Below, one piece after another: positions 48,760 through 60,455 of a stretch of 64,000 bases of DNA. The number at the start of each line of letters is the position of its first letter. Within the stretch, counting starts at the first letter, position 1. The position numbers and the translations under genes are program-made. The notes beneath the pieces are model-generated. The model did no database searches, had not been told where the DNA came from, and worked only from the letters and a program-made list of their open reading frames with translations. Origin of the DNA: Strigamia acuminata (lineage: Eukaryota); the NCBI GenBank assembly GCA_949358305.1, contig OX442314.1:12338001-12402000 (forward strand). The letters are read 5' to 3'.

Positions 48760-51700
48760 CTACGACGAGAGACGCAGTTTAACTATAAAAGTCAACTATA
48801 AAATTGATATTTATAATTCCATATTGATATTTTTGAACGTACACGAGACGTTCATCAAACGTTCCAAAAAATATTTTAATCGCTGTGGAAAATTTGAATA
48901 TATGTATTCAGTTTTGGTAGATTAAATATTTACCATGTTTCGGCTTGATCTCTTTTCTCCTGATCATGTTTGAAGCTTGGTTTAAAGACTTGATGAGTTG
49001 TAAAAGTTTAATTTGCTTATTTTGCATTTACCTATTTGGCCGTGTAATTGCCAACCATGTGTTTGTGACGTCAAGGCTTTTGTTTATAAGTGAACAACAC
49101 GGTTGGAATGAAGTTGATATTGCGTTACATTTCTTGCTTCAAGCCTTTGGATGATGTGATATTTAAAAATCGCTCAGGTGTTCAAACCCCATCTGCAGTT
49201 CTGCACAAGGAAAAAAGAAATACGAGAAGCAAAGTGCTAACAAGAAACAACAACGAATGGGAAATTTCGTCACCTCTAATGTCTATTACAAGAGAACCAT
49301 TCATCTTCTTAGGTGTCTTTGGACTCTACATCTGGGTAAGGCGACACAATAACCATTATTTACTCTCTACTTTGTGCGAACGAAAGGTGCTTATTGGAGT
49401 TTCTCTCCATTGACTGTGAAATCTAAATAACGTACTCGACACATAAAAGTTACCTATATGATTGGCTCAAAGCGTTCACAGAGAGAAATTCGTGTGGATG
49501 TAAATGAGTAATAAACACGTGTGAAAAGAGCATGTTTACACGCTAATTTGAATTAATAAAAGATTCATTGCTTTAAATTATCGGAAATTCATGTAAATGC
49601 GCCACAAAAAATGTGTTATTGCATAAAATCCTTAAAAGCATAGATTTTTTTTTACCATTTATTATTTAAATCTTTCCATATTATACAAACAAAAGTTAAT
49701 GTTGCGCTCATTATCTATTAAGGGTTTTTTGTTACAACTACTAAAGGTTTATCAGATGACTTCAGATAAGCCGAAAAGTCTCCTAGGAAGTTTGTTGAGC
49801 ATTTTTGTGCAGTTTTCTGTCAACCGATGTTGTTCAAAAATATATTTTACAATATATGACACAAAAGTCGTCATATCCGGTTGTGAGAAGTCAAATAAGT
49901 GAAAGAAGTCACTTTTCCTTAACGATATTGAATGCACCTATTATATCGCTCTTCACTTAAATGCATTCCAAACTGGTCAGCATTTTGCGTTAAATAATGC
50001 ATTTCATAATACAATTAGAAAATGCATTCATATTTGACAAACTACATTGGGAAAGCATTTCATAATACATTTTACAAAATATATTATCATTTGCTGACCA
50101 ATAGCATGCTAAAATGTATTACTCAATGCATTCTCGAGAAACCCAATGGGAAATGGTGAAAGTTTGTCCGATTACTTCAAAACTGTACTAACATTCTTAA
50201 TATCCTGCAAAACGCTTCATGTACTCGAGAACCCCTCTCTGGACTTGAGGACTGGACTGGAGAAAGGTTCCATGTGAACAGCAGTTGAACATCGGTCAGT
50301 CGGTCCTTAGAAATTGTACTAATTGACCCTGCTAGTTCGCTAACTGAATCTTTATTGGAGGTTTTTAATAAATTGTTGATGCTTGGCACACTATCGCAAT
50401 AAAAAATGAATGTTTTGTTAGAAATTGTTCGGTTTCGTGAATTTAATGATAATTTTCAGAGTGGTGGGCTTTTATATCTATTATGCAGCTTGAAGCTGAA
50501 TTCGGAATGAATTCTGCCTCAATTGATTTATTATCCTTTCAACCTTTATGACCTTCGTTGAATATATCTCGTTCGAAAAGAGCAAGATAAGGTGAAAGGG
50601 GGATTCGTTTATGGCCGCGAAACAATAAAGTTGGGGCTTCGTATAATCTTACCTTTATGTTTTTTGTTTTTAATTCATGAATAAGCAAAAGGATGTTTTT
50701 TTTTGTAGTTTAGGTTTGAAGTCAGGTTCAAGTGGATTGTAATTTGGATAATTAAATGACTGGTGTTGTCTTTATTGTTGTTGAAATGTTTGTTTTGTTT
50801 GTATTTTTTTGTCGCTTTTGTTTTTTGTTACTCATCATTGGTTCGTTGTGTTGATCTTGATCGTCCTGGAATTGAATTAATCGTTGAAGGTTCATCGATT
50901 ATTGGACAAGGAAATTAACTAAGAAGTGCAGTCCAAGTTAAATCTCTGATTCTTGCCATTTAACAGCTGAATGAGTGGTGGTCTGACGTCTGAGCATGCG
51001 CAGTGTACGCTATCCGTGATCAATTGATCAGAAATAACAATCGATGCAATGTCTGGAGCTGGACGAACTTGTGCAATGATAATTCAATGTCTACGGCAAT
51101 TTTTACGCATTTGCAGCAATGATTTGCACGTGTAGTGTTTTTTTTGGTTTTGTTTCGAGGGTTTGTTGTTGAAATTCCATTTTTTTTCTTGTTTCTTTTA
51201 GTTGGAACAAGCCGCAGGTCGATAGGCTTAGTTAAATTTAAAAAGGAAAATATTTGTTCCAACCCAATTCTATGCAATGTGTTAGACGGGCGACACAGTC
51301 TCGATAATCCATCCCGTTGCTAAGGAAACAGTCTGTAGTTACCGTGGAAACGGAATTTTTCCACATAAATACTTTTTTCTCGCTCTTTCTCGCTCTTTTT
51401 TTTCGATTACTGACAAAGATGTCATGTATTCCAACAACCTGTACTCAATTTGAGGATGAAAAAGCGGCCAAAATGACAACTTTTTGTCTCTTTTTCACTT
51501 TTTTCGTCCAAACCTTTCACTAATCAATTAAGTCCAACGAATTAAAAAAAAAATAGAAAAAGTAAAATAAAAAAGTCGGAAAATGAAACAAAGCAATGCA
51601 ACCAAGCACAAATTGCACTCGTGACGACTTAATCCTACCGAACAATCAATTTCCAAGTGCCAATATGCTGGACTCTTTCCCAAACCCTCCAGTGGATCGA

Positions 51701-52809
51701 AATTTCGGCACTATAAGTGTAAGGCTTTGGTCAAGTAAAGTGTCAAACTGATCTTATTGACTTTTACTTTTCCGAGAACAAACTGAGTATGGTGTTGTAA
51801 CGATTCACGAGAAGGCGCGGGTCAATTTGCTACTAAAAGCGAGCGGATGACATAAATGTTGTCACACGGATACCTAGAACGAAAGAGCGAGTTACAGCCT
51901 AAATACAATCAAGACTAGGTTGATTTATTGACCTAGAGGTCAGTGAACTGTTTTATGTTTGTTTTTTTAATTTATATTTATATCTTGTTTTATGGCTCAG
52001 GATAAATTGATGCCTTAGTTGCAACTGCCATTAGTAGTTTTCGGATATTTTTTTGATATTTTAGAGATGGAAACCATTACGAGTAATAAACTCGAATGGC
52101 GATATGCTCTTTCTACCCCTGACCAGTGCACCAAAAGCTTTTAGTGTACGTTTTATTTTAGGTTTTCAGCGCTTACACGAGGGGAAAGAATAACAGAGAC
52201 CAGAAAATAAAAAAATCTTAACTGCTAAAATAAAAATAATTTCAAACTTTTTTTTTTATTGTAATCACAAGTTCATTCTTTGGTGCTGTGTTTTAGTGTC
52301 TGAGAAATAAAGTGACCCCTTGTGGTAATGATGAAAATAAGTAGTAAAGATTGGGCAATATTTAGGAGCATAATATCGGCATCGGCTTATATCGGGAAAT
52401 TATGGTATCGGTCAAACTCAACTATAGTTTGCATCTGGTATAGTGATGTTAATTTTTAACTACACATCCTGGTCTGTGAATTATATTATATTTTTTATTG
52501 CTTTTATTGGTATTACTATTTATTTTTGTTGGTTTAGCAATATTAAGCGTAGTAAATTAGACCTAATACTGATGTAACAGTACTTTTTGTAAAGTATTTT
52601 GTACCTGTACCGGTACCGCTGAAGAAATCCACAAAAGTACCACAAAATTTGAAGTTCAGGAATGACTAGTGCAATCAAACTTGGCGAATTGGGACAAAAA
52701 TTGATTAAAAATACAAATAACTTAAGAAGGAAAGCTCGTATCTTAAACAACTAAACAATAAACGAAAGCGGGAAAAACTGCACTAGAGACGTTAGTTAGA
52801 TGTCATCTT

Positions 52810-54450
52810 GGCAATAAATGGTGTTAACTTAAGGCTTGTCTAATTTATTAATAACTAACTAGTACTTTAAAGAAAAAATACCAGAGGGAGGGCTTGACTC
52901 TTACTCCCGGTCTAACCTGAGACCTGATCCCCCGCTCCAATTTTACTAGTACAAGTGGACACCCGTGTTTTTTGGCTTTCTAAATTTTTGAGTAAGTTTT
53001 CACACTTTTTAACCAAAAAAACACTTGCGGTGAAAAATGTTCAGAAAGAATCTATTGGAAGGAGAGATACAAGACAGGTTAGGAGCGTTTCCAAATCCAA
53101 AAACGGCTGTTCAACACGTGGATGACCAGCGACCATTAAGCCTAATCGTAATTCTCGTGCGACGATTGCCGAGATACATCATTCCGAGTCCGAACCAGAC
53201 GATTTTTTAAATGCATCAAATACAGCTGAAATTCTGCCTACAATTCCTGAGAATCGGCATGCCAATGGTCGAGAAAATTCACATGAAATGAACAGCCAAG
53301 TGCTGCAAGGGACTGACCAAATTGCTACGCATTACGCGAACGGTCGGAAACCCACACCCGAGCCGAATTTATCGTCACAAGCCTTAGAACGGTTGATTTT
53401 CATAGCTTTCCAGCACAAGCAGCCAGGTGGGCTCTTCTTATGCAGGGAGAGTCTACCAAGCAAACCCACGATTCTCGATCTCATAGAGACGATGAGGGTT
53501 ATACTCAGTCTTGTTACCAGGTAATATACGCATCATTATTACAATCATTGTTGAAAATGCACATTTTGACTCAATTTGCCTCTTTGTAACTAGGAGGAGT
53601 CACAAGAATTTTATTCTGATCATTTTTATGATGAGACTGATGAATCATTGTCTGATTCGATGTCACAGTTTCCCAGTTTCCTCAACCACTATTGCTAGGT
53701 GAATCAAGACAATGCTGAGCACGGCTGGCGTTATTACCTTTGTTTTCTTGGCACACTTGACCAGGGCGGCTGTCACCTCCTTTGCCTGGTCGGAGGGTGT
53801 CAATGTCCTCCATATTCTTCGTGCGGCTGATTGGTCATCCGCATCTATATTTTTTAAGCATTACAATCATCTGGTAGACCAGATTTCTTCTGATTTTACT
53901 ACCGTTGTTCTTGGAGGCTACGGCAAGCCGACACAAACATGTGAAGGCATCTTTAGTGCTGTGCAAAATCCCCTTCTGCAGCAGCGTGAAATCAAGCAAC
54001 AGAGCCTAATGAGGAACAGGCAACATACACCTGTACTGAGATTTTTACGCGGTGTTGCGCGCAGTTACACTAAAACATTTTAGCAGTAGTACTTCCCTCA
54101 ATTAAAAAACAAAAACAATTATAATAAAAAAAAACTCCACTTTAGCAATCGCCACTTTAGCGACAACCAGCGGCGCTAACATGTACCCGTCGCTAAACTG
54201 GTGGTTGCTAAAGTGTACCACTGTTGTCGATACACCACGTTCCTCGATGATTGTAATTCTCAGTAAATAAAAGTTTTTACTTCTGAATGACATTGGTATT
54301 TTTTCCTCAGTTTCTTAAAATTGAACTTGGGATCGGTTCTCAGACTAGACCAGGAATAAGGGTCAAGTCCTCCCCCTGGTATTTTTTCTTTAAAGTACAA
54401 GTTAGGTATTAACAAATTAGACAAGCATTAAGTTAACAACATTTATTGCC
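52810..54450 (+). mobile_element. 1.64-kb element with ~122-bp inverted terminal repeats carrying a decayed tyrosine recombinase
   Basis: Left ITR 52810-52931 (GGCAATAAATGGTGTTAACTTAAGGCTTGTCTAATTT...) mirrors right ITR 54329-54450. No convincing TSD. Confidence 0.8.
53660..53880 (+). pseudogene. Tyrosine recombinase C-terminal catalytic region (DIRS-type)
   Basis: PVSSTTIAR*IKTMLSTAG...AHLTRAAVTSFA...ILRAADWSSASIFFKHY gives HxxR, W and catalytic Y. In-frame TGA at 53700-53702 probably replaces W. Confidence 0.8.
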
Positions 54451-54569
54451 TATTAATATAATTAATATTTTGCGTTATAATTTAGCAAAATATCCAATTA
54501 AACAACACTGCCCACAACTAATAATTAATGTAATATTTAATTGAACAGTGTTTACATTCTTTGAGACAT

Positions 54570-54602
54570 CTGTTATACCGGGTACCGTACCCGGTATAAC
54601 AG
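54570..54602. repeat. Perfect 16-bp-arm palindrome
   Basis: CTGTTATACCGGGTAC-C-GTACCCGGTATAACAG. Confidence 0.9.
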
Positions 54603-55342
54603 GTAAATACGAATGTTCCTGACAAAAGGTGGCGTCATGGCTTTGGTTTTTTAAAAAACAGTGAATATTTACTGGTTAATTTAATTTCATAATCGTCACA
54701 GGGGGTCCCTTTGGTTGTCGGCACAGTGTGAAACCGGCTTTACTTTTTAAATTTTGATTGCACAACAAACCCCAAAATAATTATTACTACTTCCCATTAT
54801 ATATCAGAAAATTCTTCAACTAAAAATATAAAAATTAAAATAAAAAGAAATAAAAACTTTATGTTGACAAAACAAAAAAAAAATCTGTTTGAGGATTGGC
54901 TTCACTGCCATAAAAATTTACAACTTTACATTTATTGCCTTTCTTTTTTAAGCCTTTTCTTATTGTTTCAGCCTCTCCAGCGTGATAATTTATATTATTT
55001 TTGACGTGGCGAATTGTAATTAAGAAAATGTGTTAATGAAATGCAATTAATGCGTTAATTTGATTATTATTTGAGTGTAAGATAGCATCGTGTTCTCCGA
55101 GATTGAGGATAGGAAATTTGGAGCAGTAAACGGTTAAAGAACGCTTGGCATTGTGCCCTATATATAGATAAGGTCAGCTGCGGAGTAATTTTAGGAAGAT
55201 GTTGGAGGTCACGAGATAAAAATATCTTTCTACATGTTTTCCCATTTTATCTGAATGATGACGGGTAGAGAGTCGTGTGGAAAAGGTGAATGTCTGTGCA
55301 GAGAGTGGAAGAAGGGGGCCTGGAAGGATTACGAATGGGAGA

Positions 55343-55454
55343 ATGAAAAAGCGTTTTCTTTTCTCGACATCGATGGAATGCCAATTGAAGAAATGTACGG
55401 GTTGGCGGGAACGGTGGCTTGTCGTTTTGAATGTGTGGCGTCGTTTCGTTTCGG
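55343..55454 (+). CDS. Candidate proximal KChIP first exon (MKKRFLFSTSMECQLKKCTGWRERWLVVLNVWRRFVS)
   Basis: ATG 55343 (second ATG at 55378); donor GG|GTGAGG in phase 1; GC-richer island 1.4 kb upstream of the core exon. Confidence 0.5.
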
Positions 55455-55847
55455 GTGAGGAGTACAGCTGGCATACGCATTTACCACGCAACTCAGGTGA
55501 TTGACAGCTGGCGTTTTATTGCATGCATCGCTGGTTGATATTGAGTTTAGCTATGGCATCATGATTTCGGCTGATGGAATTTGATTAAATTTGATACGGA
55601 TAACGAATTTTTTTTATTCAGGTTTATTTTAATTTTTTTTTTTTTATATTTTGTGGTGTTTTTTTTATTAAGTGTAATTTTTTTAATGTTTTTTCTCTTT
55701 TTCTTTCAAGGTTTTTGGACTATTTCTGGGAAATATTTTGGTGCATTGACAGTAGTTGCCAAGATTTTTGTTAAGACTAAACAAATGATTAATTTGTGTA
55801 ATTATTTTTGGATTTACTACTAAACCAGATGGGATTGAAAGTGGCAT

Positions 55848-56011
55848 CCATACGGTTCAAAAATATCTTTTACAATATACTGCTTTTCACTTAATGCATT
55901 CCAAAACGTATAGCATTTCGCGGAATTGATTACTCCGTATGTTATTTGTGTTTGTATTTCATAATACATTGCAATATGAATCGGATCTACAAGTATTTTT
56001 GAACCATATGG
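55848..56011. mobile_element. Small MITE
   Basis: CCATACGGTTCAAAA ... TTTTGAACCATATGG; internal sequence similar to 49945-50150. Confidence 0.55.
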
Positions 56012-56820
56012 GCAACTAAGGATGAAATAGATAATTACGAATCACTAAACATTAGCGTGAATATCTGTAAGACATTTGTCCAATTGAGGAACAATTGCAA
56101 CACTCATTTACCCACACCAAACTGGGCCCTTTGTCCTTCGAGCATGTAAATAGCATTTTAACGTCTTTTTAGTGCAGTTACGCGTTGAATACTCCTGGTT
56201 GAGTATGGTGTGTCCATATAAAACACACCATTTACATTAATTTAATTCCACATTGTTCTAAATTATAATGTACTAAGCAAATAAATGATGTTAATTGTCC
56301 GGGGAAATGCTATGTAACTGCTGTTGAAATACAGTAAAACTCGTTTTGTACCGGTTTGTAGCAGTTCGTGGAATAGATCCAAATTTTCATCTTTATTAAT
56401 CTTCGTCCTTCTAATCATATTAGTACTGGAATTAAGAAATGATTGTGTAATATTGATTTAATTTTAATATTAAATTGATGGAATGAAATTTGCCACTCTT
56501 TTGTATGAATGGAACTGGTCTCACACTCCAGTTGAGGGTTGCGAGGGTCAGGGAAAACGAAAAACTAAAATCGAAATTTTAAAACTTAGATAGAACAGAC
56601 GAAGCATTCAAAGTTATTGTTTATGTCGGTTATGGCGATTATCGTATAAACAGAATGGACACCAAAAACAGCCAAAAACCATCACTAAAATGCACATAAA
56701 TGGAAACTTTGAATGCGCCTAATGTCTTCGAGTCTTCCGTGGCGGATTTTGCTTGGCTTGGATTTCAAAATCAATAAAACAAGTGTAAATATCTAAAGGA
56801 AATTGTTTTCTTGTTTGCAG

Positions 56821-56945
56821 AGCATGAATCCGACGAACTGGAGATGCACGTGGTGCGATACAAGCCGGACGGACTGGACGCCCTGTGTCGCAATACGAAA
56901 TTCAGTAAAAAGGAACTACAATTTCTGTACCGTGGATTCAAACAA
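56821..56945 (+). CDS. KChIP: KChIP core exon 1 ([41 protein letters not shown])
   Basis: TTTGCAG| acceptor and |GTGAG donor; NCS motif TKFS..EL..LYRGFK; 125 nt. Confidence 0.95.
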
Positions 56946-57018
56946 GTGAGAATCGTCCTGAATAAAACGGCTTATACACAAAGGATGATACCGAATGGCC
57001 TTCATTTCCACTTTCCAG

Positions 57019-57088
57019 GAATGTCCCAGTGGCATAGTCAATGAAGAGACTTTCAAATCCATTTATGCCCAATTTTTTCCTCAGGGGG
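57019..57088 (+). CDS. KChIP: KChIP core exon 2 ([23 protein letters not shown])
   Basis: Degenerate EF1 with the CPxG motif; TTTCCAG| and |GTACG; 70 nt. Confidence 0.95.
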
Positions 57089-57687
57089 GTACGTTCCGTT
57101 TTTTTTTATTATATCAATTCCCTTAACTGTACCACTTCTCCTTCGTCTAGCAGAAGGAGGAAAAAAATATGAAAATAATCGTTTTGTGTTTATTTTTTAT
57201 CATTTGTTTTTTATTGAACAAGGTAAAACGGATGACCAGTTTCAATCTTGTTCTATATTTGTTTCCATGGAGAGATGATGAGGTTGTCATGGCAACATTC
57301 TCCTTCTCCCCATCAATCCGGCTGTGTGTGTATGTGTTAGCCGTGAGCGCGAGTATTCGCTTCTCGGTGTTGTCGGATGACGTTGGTTGCCGGTTGTCTA
57401 GGCGACCACGGCCGGGAATCGCGGATCGATTTGGCTTTTCGGCAGCCTACGCCCTCTCGGTGCACGCGCTCTTCTCTGATGAATTGTGTGGTGATATGCT
57501 GACAGCTCCCGAGTGACCATCATTAGCGTGGCCATCCTGGGGGAGGAGTAATAAATGAGTCTTTAGAGAAACGCTCACTTCATCTTATTAAGAAATTGCA
57601 GATTTTTTTGGATTTTTGATTTGCAATGCTCCAATAGCGCGCGGGGATCTGTTGGCGGAAGCTAGATATCCCCTAAATTTTTTTTAG

Positions 57688-58079
57688 CGTTTTTGTTCGA
57701 TTTAGACATTTATTTTAGTCGTTTTATTCAATTTAGACATTTGTTTTAGTCGTTTTGTTCAATTTAGACATTTATTTTAGTCGTTTTGTTCAATTTAGAC
57801 ATTTATTTTAGTCGTTTTGTTCAATTTAGACATTTATTTTAGTCGTTTTGTTCAATTTAGACATTTATTTTAGTCGTTTTGTTCAATTTAGACATTTATT
57901 TTAGTCGTTTTGTTCAATTTAAACATTTATTTTAGTCGTTTTGTTCAATTTAGACATTTATTTTATCGGTTTCTTTCAATTTAGACATTTATTTTAGTCA
58001 TTTTGTTCAATTTAGACATTTATTTTAGTTGTTTTGGTTAATTTGGATATTGAATTCAGTCGTTTTGGTCATTTTAGAC
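57688..58079 (+). repeat. 31-bp minisatellite, ~13 units, intronic
   Basis: Near-perfect TCGTTTTGTTCAATTTAGACATTTATTTTAG units; same family and orientation as 31965-32315. Confidence 0.9.
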
Positions 58080-58226
58080 CCGCGTTGAATGGGCATTAAA
58101 GCATTTATAGTAGCATATTCAAGGTTTTGTGTTTGTTGTTGTTGTTGTTGTTGTTGTTGTTGCGGACGGTTGGGGAAGTGGGAAATTTATTTTCTTTTAT
58201 TTTTGGTAATATGTCTTTCGTTGCAG

Positions 58227-58297
58227 ATGTCAGCCATTACGCTGAGTACGTGTTTAAGACGTTTGACCACGATCATAGTGGTGCCATCAGTTTCGAA
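58227..58297 (+). CDS. KChIP: KChIP core exon 3 (DVSHYAEYVFKTFDHDHSGAISFE), EF2
   Basis: TTGCAG| and |GTGAGT; EF-hand loop DHDHSGAISFED; 71 nt. Confidence 0.95.
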
Positions 58298-58813
58298 GTG
58301 AGTTACTTAAAGCCCGGTCTTTTCACAGTCGTTTTCTCACAGGGCCATCAACTCCTTGTCTCCGAATTACGACTTGGAGTTGACGCCCTCGTTTCCAATC
58401 TGATAAGACGATGCTGCTCAATTAAGAAACCGAACGAACGACTCTTGTTTTTTTAAGGAGGGAGAAAATCGTTTTGTTTTAAGAATACTGCAAATTCATT
58501 TTTATGTGGTGTAAAGTGACTCTGAAGGCTGGAATCCAAAGAATTGTCAAATGCAGGTCTAGCCGTGAGATTTGAATTGCGCGTGCGCAGTTGAGGGAAA
58601 TTAAAACGTCTGGCCCGTCTTATTATTCAATACCACGTTTCGGAGGCAGGCGAATCCGTTCTAAACATATTCGTCGAGTGTTCTCGAGTCGAGCCACAAT
58701 TTGGGTTTCATGTCGATTATTAAAACTGCCGCTAGGGCAAATTTTGAAGTGAATTTGTTTTTGTTTATCGTTTATATTTTTGGTTTTTTATTTTTTAAAT
58801 TTGTAACACTAAG

Positions 58814-59026
58814 GATTTCGTCGTTGGCTTGTCAGTTTTATCCCGTGGGAGTTTAAACGAGAAATTGCAATGGACTTTCAATTTATACGACATCAATGGC
58901 GATGGATTCATAACCAAAGATGAGCTGTACGACATTGTAACTTCTATTTACGATTTAGTGGGGAGTAAATTGAATGCCAACATGGAAGAAACCGCCACAA
59001 GAAATCACGTGGACAGAGTATTTCAG
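58814..59026 (+). CDS. KChIP: KChIP core exon 4 (DFVVGLSVLSRG...LYDINGDGFITKDE...HVDRVFQ), EF3
   Basis: CTAAG| and CAG|GT; canonical EF loop DINGDGFITKDE; 213 nt. Confidence 0.95.
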
Positions 59027-59094
59027 GTTTGGCACGAATAAACCTTGAAAAATAATTAAATACAAAATAAAATTTTTCTATATTCTAATCGCAG

Positions 59095-59157
59095 ATGCTC
59101 GATTTGAATAAAGATGGCGTTATAACTATGGATGAATTTATAGATTCGTTGTCAAAA
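59095..59157 (+). CDS. KChIP: KChIP core exon 5 (MLDLNKDGVITMDEFIDSLSK), EF4
   Basis: CGCAG| and |GTAAGT; EF loop DLNKDGVITMDE; 63 nt. Confidence 0.95.
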
Positions 59158-59330
59158 GTAAGTCACGCGGTGTTTTTTTTTATACTTTTTTTAAGAAATT
59201 ACTAAAAATTTACTAACTCATTTTTTTATTTTTATTAAATTTTTTTTTTTAAGGGTTTAAACTGCTAAAAATTGCAATTACTAACTTGATTTATGTTTTG
59301 CATTTTCTCGTTGCCCCTCCATTAATATAG

Positions 59331-59375
59331 GACGAGATGATTGTGCAGAACATGCTTATTTTCACCGATTTATGA
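59331..59375 (+). CDS. KChIP: KChIP last coding exon (DEMIVQNMLIFTDL*)
   Basis: TATAG| acceptor; resembles the KChIP C-terminal helix DE.I..sM..F; TGA at 59373-59375. Confidence 0.88.
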   Translation, partial: DEMIVQNMLIFTDL

Positions 59376-59586
59376 CAGGGTCAACAACACCTCATGACAA
59401 TGACGAATAGTAAGTTGTTGTTGACCGTAATGGGCTTATAATGCCCGTTAACACTCTTTGTTTATGAATTATGATTGAAAATGACTTCTGACCTTAGCAA
59501 TTAAAAATGATAAAAATTCATATCGAACGCTCGTAAAATGTTTTTTTCCTATATTTTTCAATCGAGATTTAAAATTTAAATTGAAA

Positions 59587-60408
59587 TGTGTCGCGTCCTA
59601 CTTGGTATAGGTTTAAATAGCGCTAACGTGTAATACTTTACCTGTGATCAATTATGTAAATACCCAAATGAATACCAAATGTATGTAAATAAACAGGTAA
59701 TTTATTCACCAGGCTTTATGCCTTTAAAATACACTCAGTAATAATTCTAGAGTCGACGTGGTCAGCGTCGAACAAAGGATTTCTCAAGATGGCGTCGTCG
59801 ATTCCGCGTGGTCGGCGGAACAAAGGCGGCGTCTCGAGTTGTCGTTAATTCGTCACGGATTCGTCTTCACGGACGCGGTGGAATGCTCTTTCGAGTCTTC
59901 TATCCGTGCCTGTTGTCTAGGGTTTGTTTAGCGTCGCAGAGGCCTCGTCTAGGAACTTTGGGGTTCCCTACAAAGCACTCGGACACTCACTTCGGCGAAT
60001 AATCGTCTGGGCGATTATTCTGGGTGATTTCACAAGGGCTATTCTCGTGCTTTCGCAGGAATAGCTCGCAAGTGACTTCGTGAGAGTTACAGTTTGCACT
60101 TTACTCAGCGATCCTCGATCAATCCTAACTTGTAGTTGAAGTTGGCCTGACGGTGAGGTAGTTGCTGTGTTCTTGGTGTCGTTTGTGTAAGTTCTGTCTT
60201 TAGGCGGGAAACACAGCCTTTTATGCAGTGGGGTGAAGGGCCGGCGATCAACCAATGGGGGCCGACCACCAGCCGCCTCCTCCCCCTCGGGGCACACACC
60301 TGCCATGGGGAGGTGGAGCCAACTCGGGGGGGAACGACTCTTTAATCATAGTGACTCATAGGACAAGTATCCGCCCTGGGGGGACACTTATCCAACTGGG
60401 TCACCACA
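59587..60408 (-). repeat. Putative 3' LTR (~820 bp) of a minus-strand element
   Basis: On the minus strand it starts TGTGGTGA right after the purine tract GGAGGAGGGACG (60420-60409), has AATAAA at 59706-59701 and ends ...CGCGACA(CA) at 59589/59587, where AT-rich host DNA resumes. The partner LTR is not in the window. Confidence 0.6.
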
Positions 60409-60455
60409 CGTCCCTCCTCCAGCTTCGATCTCGGATCGGAGCGATCTCAATTTTC

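Noticed and set aside
55255..55458. 67-aa ORF MMTGRESCGK... as the KChIP first exon
   Set aside because: At the GTGAG donor this frame is phase 2, out of frame with the core exon; the frame from 55343 fits instead.
47535..56720. One 9-kb transposon bounded by GGCACGTTCAAAGTTTC / GAAACTTTGAATGCGCC
   Set aside because: Similarity lasts only ~24 bp, and the right end has its own local partner near 56601. These are better explained as separate MITE ends.
58133..58162. Poly-Cys / poly-Leu ORFs (also (ATTT)n ~23985, (AAT)n ~40303, 9-bp repeats ~35340)
   Set aside because: Simple microsatellites, not coding.
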